Positions 53,469 through 64,000 of a stretch of DNA of 64,000 bases are shown piece by piece. Source of the DNA: Paraphysomonas bandaiensis. Taxonomy: Eukaryota; Protista; Chrysophyceae. The notes beneath the pieces are model-generated. The model did not search any database. It had not been told where the DNA came from and was given only the letters and a program-made list of their open reading frames with translations. Location of the stretch: the NCBI GenBank assembly GCA_965644295.1, contig CBFFRP010000457.1:161704-225703 (forward strand). The letters run 5' to 3'. The position numbers and the translations under genes were made by a program. How positions within the stretch are numbered: the stretch's first letter is position 1; each line of letters starts with the position of its first letter.

Positions 53469-53715
53469 GCGGGCTGCATTTAAAACTATGGGTTTATAAA
53501 AAAGTGGGGGATTTTATGCATTAAAACCTGCCCCAAGTCAAAAAACACGCCAGCATACTACGCTGTATATGACGCCTATACAGTGTACTGCTGTGTCTTG
53601 TACCGCACGTTGTTTGTGTAGGTGAATCCAGCTATCCACGTCAGATCACTCGGCTACCATACCACACCAGCATACATGCAAAGCAACTCCATGTTGAAAC
53701 ACATACAGAAGCCAA

Positions 53716-54622
53716 ATGATCGATTTTAGTCTCCTCGTTCTTCTTCTTTACGCTCAGAGGTATTATCTGCAGCTCTGTTGTGCTGCATGACTGTATCCAT
53801 GCACAGTATATGCATGTAGTAACCACGTGTGCAGTATAGGGATCGACAAGGGGGGTATACCTGGAGTTGCTGCACTGGGTAGGGTACGCATATTCCATAT
53901 GTTTTCATGTGTGATGGATGGATGCAACAGGAATTACTGTGGCTCTCTGTGCTGATGTGAAGTACTCCGCGCAACAGATAGTGGCCCTGTTTGTCCCAAT
54001 ATTATTTTGTGCAGACGTAGGAGCAGCATATGCATTCCGGCAATCTATTAAGTGGAATATATTGGGAAGACTATGCTTGCCTTCGTTTGTTGGTATGTGT
54101 ATCGGATTCTATTTACTCCATTATTTTAGTGAAAATAGCGTTAGACGGTTAGCGGGATATTCATTGATTTTGATAGCAGGGGTGCATTTCGTGTCTCACC
54201 GCCTTGTTTTATATCGTATTCTACCTCTATACACCGCCAAAGCATCCAAGAATACAAGTGTTATTTCCGCGGTATTCTACGGAACACTCATTGGATTTCT
54301 CACAGTTGTCGCAAATGTTGCCGGACCTATTGCTGTTGTTTATTTTATGCAACATGGCCTTCAAAAAAATGAACTGAACGGAACGCGAGCATTCTTTTTT
54401 CTTCTAGCTAACTTCGTCAAGCTTCCAGGTCAGATTTACCTTGGCAATGTTGTCCTCGACGACTTTTCCTTGATATTCCTGCTTGCACTTATGGCTCTTG
54501 TATCCACATTTGCTGCAGCAAGATTTGTTACGCCCAATGTAGATCAGATTTGGTTTGAACGGATATCATGGTCTTTTGTAGCAATAGGCGCAGTAAAGCT
54601 TATATTGTATAGTAATACGTAA
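53716..54622 (+). CDS. TauE/SafE (TSUP) sulfite exporter family protein
   Basis: Spliced N-terminus MIDFSLL..GIDKGGIPG; ANVAGP; GTRAFFFLLANFVKLP. Confidence 0.8.
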
Positions 54623-55115
54623 TGCATGTGAATTTCATAAATGGTATAATACTGCTGATATAATAATGCTGTTGTTGTCGCATCAGATTATTTTATTGTG
54701 GTTTCTGCGGTATGGACTGACCAAGCAACAGGCTGCAAGGAGTGTTTATTTCTCAGAGACGAAAAAGCATGTGAAAAAAAATTGTTGGTTGCAGCTTCGA
54801 AAATAATTGTGACCTTAAAAAAAGAACAGATAAAACTGGTGATCGTATAACCATAAATTTGATAGTACAAAACAGAAACATACTCAGATACTCAGACGGC
54901 AACGGTATTGAAGCTGAGAGTAAGAGTGTGACGGATGAGTTGAAAGCACAGAATATGTTATTGAAGCACGAGCTATATCCTGTACTCGCCGAATTCTATT
55001 AACCCAGAGATTAAACAATTTTTAATAGGACCCGCTATACTGGCTATTCTGAGCTTCTGAGGTTCACTAAACATCAATTCTCGTAGTCCTCGTAGTATAG
55101 GGTGGTAGTAAAGGT

Positions 55116-58100
55116 TGTTAGAAATAGACATTTTTAGTAATAAGACCTTCGTTAACACTTATATGGAATATTATATAATTATGAGTGATACCATACTTCA
55201 TTCATTGACGTTCACCAACTCTTTCTATCTCTACTACACCAACCATTTCTAGTACGATCTTATATCGTCACTATCTTGTACAGTCAGTATATTTCAGTTT
55301 TATCACTACAATGGCTATCATATTATTGGTTCTCATACTACAGCTAGCTACTACTGTATTCTTTGAGTAACGGATATAATTCTAATATCTTGGAAACTAC
55401 AGCTTTTAATTGCTCACAAACAGCAAAACTCAACACTCCCTCTCAATTCAAAGCTGTAAAACATGGCATAACTGACGGATACGCAACCACCGAAACCGTA
55501 TAGGACAAACCGGTGGACGTATGGCTCCGACGTTTCAGCTAGCCTCTCCGTAGACAACACGTTTATGAGCCTCTGTTTCGTTTGTATGAATTCTCTCTGA
55601 TGACATCCACAGATGACTTCTGATCTTCTCCTAGACATCTCTTTCTATGCTTCTCGTATATAACGCCACACAAAGATTTCGTAAATATGTCTGCAGTCTG
55701 GTTATCAGTTCCAACGTGATACAATATCGCAGTGTTAAAACGTCCTTCTGGATCTACATGTTCACGCACCCAGTGGTATTTGATTTCAATGTGTTTTGAT
55801 CTTTTGTGGAACACTGGATTTAATGCTAGATCACGAGCACTCTGGCTATCTAAAAAGAATGGAGTGGGTTCGTACAGTCGAAGTCCCAATTCGGCCAACA
55901 CCCCCCGAAGCCACACCAGTTCTTGCATGCCAGCGTACATAGCTTGGTACTCACTCTGCATTGAAGACGTAGACACAGTAACTTGTAAGATTGATTGCCA
56001 GGTGAGTGGTCCACCTGCTGCAAACACAATGTATCCAGTTGTCGACCTTCGTGACACAGTATCGCCTGCCCAGTCAGCATCTGTGAAAATATGCATGTCA
56101 AAGCTCTTACCACTGAACCGAATACCTTTCCGCACAGTACCCCTGATGTATTGTAACAAATAAGTCATCAACTTGCATGTAGCCTTTGTTGGTTTCGAAG
56201 CATATCGTGACAATAGGCCAACAGCATACGCAATATCTGGACGCGTATTCATTGATAGATATAGCATGGCACCTAGTAAGCTACGATAGGGATAATTGTC
56301 GACTCCCTCTTCCTCCTGAGATGAGTTCTCACTATCAGTGCAATTAATCCTGTCCATGGCATCTACAGGTAGTGGGGATTTGCGAACTTTGTTTGAAGGT
56401 CCAAGGAATGCTGCATATTTGGTGAGAATTTTTTCAGCGTATGTCGATTGGTCAAGTTGAATATAATTCTTGGTCCTTGTAACTCGAACGTTGAGAAAAT
56501 GCTCTAATTCTCCCATGTCTGACATGTCAAATCTTTCACAAAACCGTTTCTTGATTTCTGTCAAAATAGTCAGATCCGCACAAGCGATTACTATATCATC
56601 AACGTATATGGTTAAGTACACACGATGACCTTTGTACATCATATAATATAGGTATGGTTCTAAAATACAGGGTTTGAATCCCAAAGACTTTATAAATCCA
56701 TGTATGGTCTTCCACCATGAACGTGGAGAACTCCGAAGGCCATATAGTGAGCGATATAGTTTGAAACAGTGTCCTGGTGGCAACTGAAAATCGGGAGGAG
56801 GGTCCATGTACACGTCTCCTTCGATTTTAGCATAACAGAATGCATTCGACACGTCAAGTTGATGGATGTGCATACTAAACATGAAAGCAAGTGCAATGAT
56901 TAGTCTAACCGTAATCGATTTCACCACAGGAGCAAATGTATTTTCGACGTCTATACCTGTCCTTTGACCATATCCCAGAGCGACCAGACGAGCTTTATGC
57001 TTTTTTATTGATCCATCTTTATTGTATTTTCGTTTGAACACATATCTGGACTTTAGAGGTCTAACACCAGGTGGCGTCTCAACGACATTAAACACTTCCC
57101 GCTTGAATAATGCATTCCGTTCTAATCGTCTAGCTTCCTTCCAATTTGAAGCTTCAGGACATGTCAATGACTCTTCATACGTCTCAGGCTCTCTATAAGT
57201 AGACGAGTTAGACATAAGTGCGCAATCACTCTCATCACACAAGTTAACAATCTCCTCGTCATGGAGAAGGTTTACCTCACCCAGGGTGGACACATTAGTC
57301 AACACCCTTCGGGTTCGCGTACGTTTACCACTGGTCTCCCTTGACTCAGCATGTACAGTACCACTATTCTCACTGGGCACACAAGAAGGTACATTCTCAA
57401 AGACACGATTCGCGCTGACCCCACTCGGTACAGCACCCGCACTACTCTCCGGCAAAGTACGAAGGGACATTCTCTTCCCTGGAATCTCATCCGCCGTAGA
57501 CTTATTGGGCGTGTCACCCGAAGCCGGCGTAGATGACGATCCACCTCTCTTGTCGTCACAAGAACGAGGTTTTGAGTACAGCCTGCGGTTATAGTCACCA
57601 GTCAACTCGGCAATATCACGTACGTGAATAGGGACTTTTTCTTCTATCTGCTCTTTCCCAGCAGTTACTAGCGCCCTAAACGCCACAATTAGTCCTTTTC
57701 GCACCACAACTCTCGTAGTCTTGAAGAGAAACCCGTCGTCCACATGATACGAACCAATCAGATGTTTAAACTCTTCAACTGATCGATCTAATGGGTCAGT
57801 TTTGACTAAGGCCTCTTCAAGCTCTGCATAGTACTCCTTATCTCTTGGAGGTATACTTTCATCATACAGAACATGTACTGATACGACTTCTTTGTCACCA
57901 AGCCACACACGGGATCCCTTTTTCGTATTGGATAGACCTATGAAATACCCAGTCTGTGACTTCTCCTGCCAATCCTTTCGACGATCACCTTTGGGAATAA
58001 GCACATAAGCCTTGCACCCCCAGCGTCGAAATCTCGATAAGTCAGGGACTGAACCTCCTGGAACGCACTCCATTGGAGACATCCAACCTCGATATGTACG

Positions 58101-60317
58101 TGTAGGCATTCGTCGAACGATCATGCATGCATATACATAAGCATCCCACCAAAAAATTACGGGTAATCCTGAGTCCATTAACAGAGCCAGAGTCATTTCT
58201 CCCAATGTTCGATTCCTACGCTCAGATACACCATTCATCTCAGGGCTGTCTGTGGAGCTCCAAGTGATGCTAGTTCCAAACTTGCTCATTAAGTATTGCT
58301 GAATGGACTTGTCGATCAACTCAGCCCCCCCATCCGAATGGTACTGTATCAACCGGTGTGAACCGGGATATGTAGGGAGTTTACGCTCAACCCAGTCCTT
58401 CACGCAACTCAACACCTCATTCGCAGACCGTGTCTCCAACGGATATTCCCAAAACTCCTTGGTGGCTATATCTGATAATGTCAGAACATATTTATATCCT
58501 TGTCTGGATGGGCAATTGAAATATACAGCAATGTCCACAGAAACCTTCTCAAGGAACTCTGTAGCTTGCAGTTCGTCATCTCTCTTTGCGGTGAATGATT
58601 TCCTTGTCATCTTTGATTTTGCGCAAGCCTTACAAATACCTTTCATTTTTCGTAAACTCTTCTTGCTGAGATGTCGTCGGGTTAATCCGCTCCCGGTAAA
58701 AAGTCTGTGTTTAAATGCTTCAATCAGCTTATGTTTGCTGACGTGTCCACAGCGCTTGTGTAACATCTCTAACGGATCTTCATGCACCTTGTCGGACAAA
58801 TATACTTCCTCCGGCATTGTCAAATTTGGAAGATCAAGTATTTCCTGTAAGTTTACGTAAGGCATTCCGTTGCTTGAGTAGGTTGCCTCCAATACAGTCT
58901 CCCCAGTATCAAGTCGCACAACAGTGGGGTTGTTCAACAACTGCAATCCATACCCGTGAGAACGGAGTATTCCTCCAGAGCAGATATTCTTGACTGATCC
59001 AGGGCAGATCTTGATGTCAGTCCAATCGCCAAAGCCTCCAGTTTCCTCATAGTGTAAACTTGATCCAGCTCTGGTTGTCTGGATATCTCCATCCTCCATC
59101 CACATACATAACAGCCATCTGATTTTTTCTTCTCGTTGTTGTCTCTGCGACTCTCAGATCGATTCCTAGCGACTCGACTCTTTCCCTGCCTTCTTAATTT
59201 CGCAATCTTAAGATCTCTCTTCTTCTTCCAGCACGATTTCTGTGAGTGGCCCCGTTTGCCACATTTGGGATAGCTGCACACCTCATTTTCATCAGCAGTG
59301 GAATTCATGTTTACTTCGTCGGTGCCTTCTTTCGGGACACCTTTTGCCTGATCGTATCTCCTGCATATGGTGATCATATCAATAAAGGTTATGTCACCTT
59401 GTAGGTAGAGATTGGTGTACAGTTGCTCCAAATCGCTTCGTGTTTCGAGGGCAGTCTGTAACTTCGTTTTTTTAGCGATGTCAGTGGGTGGTTCCCCCAA
59501 CTCGGACATTTTTTGACAGATGCCGTTTAGTCGATCGATTGCTGCGCACACGAGTTCCCCCGGTAGAATTTTGAATCCTGCAAACTTCTTATTCAATTCA
59601 ACTAATTCATATTGGATTTCCCCTCTAAACCGAACAATTAACCTAGAGATGAGTTCACTCGCTAACTGCTCTTTATCAGGATGGTCCTGCGGGAGCATAT
59701 CCTTTTCCCGGAAGTACTGATCCACGATCTCAAGGGCTTCAGCGACTGGTTGAACAGCTTCAAATATCGAACTGATGCACGTGTCTTTCCTCTCCAGCCA
59801 CTTGTCCAGATCCTCCTTGTACTTATTTCGGACTGTCACTGGCGCATTATTTGCTGGTCTTACTGGACGGTCCTCTAGACCCAGATGGTTCCTGTTCTTC
59901 CTCATCAACCACACTTTCAGATTCTTTGACCAATTCACTACACCGAACTGATCAAATTTGGGAAGAAGTTTCCACTCCGAACTACTGTCTGCTACCATGT
60001 TAGAAATAGACATTTTTAGTAATAAGACCTTCGTTAACACTTATATGGAATATTATATAATTATGAGTGATACCATACTTCATTCATTGACGTTCACCAA
60101 CTCTTTCTATCTCTACTACACCAACCATTTCTAGTACGATCTTATATCGTCACTATCTTGTACAGTCAGTATATTTCAGTTTTATCACTACAATGGCTAT
60201 CATATTATTGGTTCTCATACTACAGCTAGCTACTACTGTATTCTTTGAGTAACGGATATAATTCTAATATCTTGGAAACTACAGCTTTTAATTGCTCACA
60301 AACAGCAAAACTCAACA
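55116..60317 (-). mobile_element. Ty1/copia LTR retrotransposon, recent, with gag/protease deletion
   Basis: 320-bp TG..CA LTRs (55116-55435, 59998-60317), identical by eye; TSD AAGGT; PBS TGGTAGCAGA; PPT; INT-RT(YVDD)-RNaseH(DADWAG) order. Confidence 0.97.
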
Positions 60318-60863
60318 AAGGTACGCCAGTGATAATAAAGGAATATACAAAATATAAACTACAGGTGAATTGTTAATTAACACACATGTACGAGGCTGTG
60401 CCACACTGTGGTAGCCACAGCATCAAATTGCGAATATGAAATGAAGGACGAGGAACGTCGTCCAGCCTACCCAATTTAGATTTCAGGAAAATGAACCAGG
60501 AAAATGAAGTAGTATAACTTTTATAATGTAGTGACGATATAGGTGACAGCCCTGTTAGTGAGTATGTACTGCCGATTACCTAATAATATTCTATGCAAGG
60601 CCAACAGCGGCTTTCTCTGATTACGATCAAACCCATCAAGGCGTTTCATACTCTACGCATATTGTAACAGATGTCTAATACTAAATACTTAATGAGAAAC
60701 AAGTTATAATCTTACTGCATGACGACGGGTGGAATAAAAGGGTCCAGATAGCACCATATCATACTGTATATATTACGATTCCATACTCAAACCCCTGACC
60801 CCATCTGTCAAGAGACCATTATAACTGCACTAAAACAATATATTTTCCATTTCAAGTATTATA

Positions 60864-61339
60864 TTACACTTCATCTTCATGAAGCAACATATTCGGGATT
60901 CCATCGTGGATAGGAAATTTTCTACCAGTCTAAACAATATATCAACAGCTAGAGCAAATGTATAAATTAGAACGCACCTCTGGGCATATTAAATACCCTT
61001 CAATAACATGTACCTCGAATAGGATATGATGCAGTGTGCGCAGCAATGTCTCGTCTCTACAATCTTGATCAGGCAACTCCTCCAAGTCACTGATGCTCGT
61101 TATGTTCAGTGCATTAGCTGCAGCTTTCAATGCAGAAAAATTTATCCTCGATAGCATCGCATTCGTTGCTTCTGTTAGTTGATGTCACTCATGCATTGAG
61201 GTGTACTGTAATCATATCTCTCACCTACATCAAAGGGGCACTCCTCCACCTCCACTTTATCAGACTCTATTTGAAGGGGATACCCAGACACAACACCCTT
61301 AATGTTTGACTTCAGCATGTTATGAGTAATGAGACGCAT
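60864..61339 (-). CDS. TRM112: Methyltransferase activator Trm112
   Basis: MRLITHNML..GYPL..LHHILFE..CPE.GRKFPIHDGIPNMLLHEDEV; 3 exons. Confidence 0.93.
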
Positions 61340-61467
61340 GGTGATCACACTTATCACTGACCAGGTTAAACGAGTTGGAATAATGTCACACTCTGCATAT
61401 GAATGAAGCAGATGCTGGATTGGGACAATCAGCACGCGCACCTACCACACCACCACCACATGCTCTC

Positions 61468-61804
61468 TATGTACGTATGTATGTATGTATGTATGTATGT
61501 ATGTATGTATGTATGTATGTATGTATGTATGTATGTATGTATGTATGTATGTATGTATGTATGTATGTATGTATGTATGTATGTATGTATGTATGTATGT
61601 ATGTATGTATGTATGTATGTATGTATGTATGTATGTATGTATGTATGTATGTATGTATGCATGTATGTATGTATGTATGTATGTATGTATGTATGTATGT
61701 ATGTATGTATGTATGTATGTATGTATGTATGTATGTATGTATGTATGTATGTATGCATGTATGTATGTATGTATGTATGTATGTATGTATGTATGTATGT
61801 ATGC
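61468..61804 (+). repeat. (TATG)n microsatellite
   Basis: Near-perfect array. Confidence 0.98.
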
Positions 61805-61897
61805 AGGATAGGATCGTGTCTTGTTATGTGGGTATTTGTATAATTGAACGTGTGTCTTTGTTAAAAATTAAAGCTCCTTGTCTGTTCTAATTGAAGA

Positions 61898-63007
61898 ATG
61901 TCAGCCTTTTCTAATGAAGTAGACGATGAAGTGTATGAGGTGGAGGAGGTCCCTGTTCTTCCTGTTCCCTCAGGAGGCGAGGACTGGGAGGGGGCAGCAG
62001 AGGCGAAGACTCAGGCTGCTGAGGCTAAGAGCGCTGGGAACTACGAACAGGCTGTAGAGCTGTACACGAAAGCGATGGAACTCGGAGGAGCGTCGTCTCT
62101 GACTCTTGCCAATAGGGCGGACTGCCTCTTGAGGGGCCGCAGACCGAATGCCGCTCTAGCAGACTGTAACGAGGCACTCAAGCTGAACCCAGACAGTGCA
62201 AAGGCTCTCAGGTAAAGGTGTGAAATATGACTGATATAAGTATTTAATTATAGAAGGTGCCGAGGTCAAGTTAATCGGCGTCTTGGAAACTGGGAGGCGG
62301 CTAACAAGGACCTCTCCGCGGCGCAGGTCAGTGTTCTCATCTTTTCACACAGGCTAAACAAGCCTTAACTAAACTATGACAGTCAATTGATTTTGATCCT
62401 GATACTGAGCCTGTCAGAAAGTTCGTAACCTCTAAGGCGGCCGAGCTCGAAGCAGAGCGTGTGCAGCAGCGTATTGAAGAAGAGGAGGCACTCAGGGAAA
62501 AAGTCAGGAAGCAAAGGGCTGAGTTGGCAGAGCAGCGCAAACGTGAGGAAGAGGAAGAAGCGGCGAGGGTAGGAGTTCATACGTATTCTATTTTACCAAG
62601 TTACTTTGTGTTGGTAGCGTGAAGCTGAGGCCGGGGCAGGTATGGGAGGTTTCCCTGGTGGAATGCCGGGTATGGATGGAGCCGGAGGAATGGACATTCA
62701 GCAGATGATTATGCAGCTACTCATGTCAGACCCGGAGCTTGCGGCGGGAATGCAAAATCCGAAGGTAATGAAAGCGTTTGGTGCTATGATGGGTGGAGGC
62801 GATGCTGCTGCAGCCGAGATGAACGACCCTGAAGTCAAGGCCTTTATGGAGAAGTTCCAAGCAAAGCTTGGACCACTCATGGGCATGATGGGAGGAATGG
62901 GCGGCATGGGAAATATGGGAGGTATGCCAGAGGGTGATGATGAGGACGACATGCCCGATCTCGAGGAAGACCCTATGTCTGCTCCTGCTGTGGAGGAAGT
63001 TGATTAA
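61898..63007 (+). CDS. ST13: Hsc70-interacting protein (Hip/ST13-like; TPR + GGMP + STI1)
   Basis: TPR with NPDSAK, IDFD, charged region, GGFPGGMPG, SDPELAAGMQNPKVM. Confidence 0.85.
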
Positions 63008-63250
63008 CAACTTAATAGCTCGTAGCCTGCGTGGCAGTTCATACGTTTGGTTACTGGAGTCGATTTTTGTAGCATTGGTAACGAAGCGCTTGTGACCATA
63101 CATACTAGCTGTCAAAAATAAGTTGTCATTTAATGATATCTACTTAGCCGTACACTCTAATAGCACAATGGGGGTTGTCTATATTCAAATTTGAGGGATT
63201 ACAAACTTATTCAACTTGCAAACTTTAACTAGTATCCAACCAATTAGGTC

Positions 63251-63858
63251 TGTTGAGTTTTGCTGTTTGTGAGCAATTAAAAGCTGTAGTTTCTAAGATA
63301 TTTAAATTATAACCGTTACTCAAAGAATAGAGTAGTAGCTAGCTAACCGTATTATGAGAACCAGTGATATGATAACTATGTTGGAATACGTATGTTTCTC
63401 TGAGATAGTACTGTATAATACGTTGAATAAAATCTGAAAAACAGTAATATGTAGTCAAAGATACTATATAGCTATAACTGTGACACTGAAGTATTGTATC
63501 ATGACGGTTCAAGATACGGAAGTTGATCAGTGGTTGGCATGAGCGAATTGTATTATCATGTTGTTGATAAAGTTTGACATGATAATAGGAAAGGTATTTA
63601 TATTATAACCGTTACTTAGTGTATACTACAGTAGTGTTGAGCTGTATTATGAGAAGTGAAATCATGACGATGTCTATATAGTAGTATAACGGAAATATGT
63701 GGTCATAAAGGATAATGACGATGTAAGATCGTATGAGGTATGAGAAATGAGTGGTTGTAGAGAATAGAGAAAATATGAAATTGATGAATGATAGGAGATA
63801 TTGATTATAATTATAATATGTACAACATTGAGTGTAAGTTTACCTTTCTCGTTCAGTT
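63251..63858 (+). mobile_element. Composite solo-LTR relics of the copia family; hAT end follows at 63863
   Basis: tgttgagttttgctgtttgtgagcaattaaaagctgtag matches the 320-bp LTR start. Confidence 0.7.
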
Positions 63859-64000
63859 CTATCCAGGGCTAGGAAATAATATATTGCAATACTATTGTTA
63901 GAGAGCGTTCCATCAATGGAGATTAGGGCTAGGTATTGAACTTCTATCTATTCTTAAGATGTCAAATCATGACATTATCATGTTGTTCACATGTTTTACA

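Noticed and set aside
29930-54622. moaA + tauE functional cluster
   Set aside because: 22 kb apart with unrelated genes in between.
58934-59105. Programmed gag-pol frameshift
   Set aside because: The junction truncates a zinc knuckle and removes the protease motif, which fits a deletion.

Overview
Eukaryotic (protist, probably stramenopile-like) genomic window. It has short GT-AG introns, about 16 protein-coding genes and dense transposon debris. Host genes include a DH-PH-like protein, an Orai-like+PH membrane protein, an MCT-type MFS transporter, a RING/B-box protein, a cyclin Y-like protein, a signal-peptide CK1-like kinase, MoaA/CNX2, a Crinkler-type NTPase-nuclease, a PDZ-PH-ankyrin-FYVE-R-SNARE protein, farnesyltransferase beta, a TauE exporter, Trm112 and Hip/ST13. 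Mobile DNA: a recent Ty1/copia element with identical LTRs but no protease active site, two older copia relics, several hAT derivatives, two MITE families and a 5'-truncated LINE. Two observations stand out. (1) Five copies of an internally deleted retroposon family, four with TSDs, start with an HDV-ribozyme-like fold; most end in a covarying stem-loop and/or terminal motif shared with the LINE (SIDE/SIDER-like system). (2) All four long (TATG)n arrays sit on the sense strand 30-95 bp upstream of a start codon. Everything was read by eye; exon boundaries and family names are unverified by database search.
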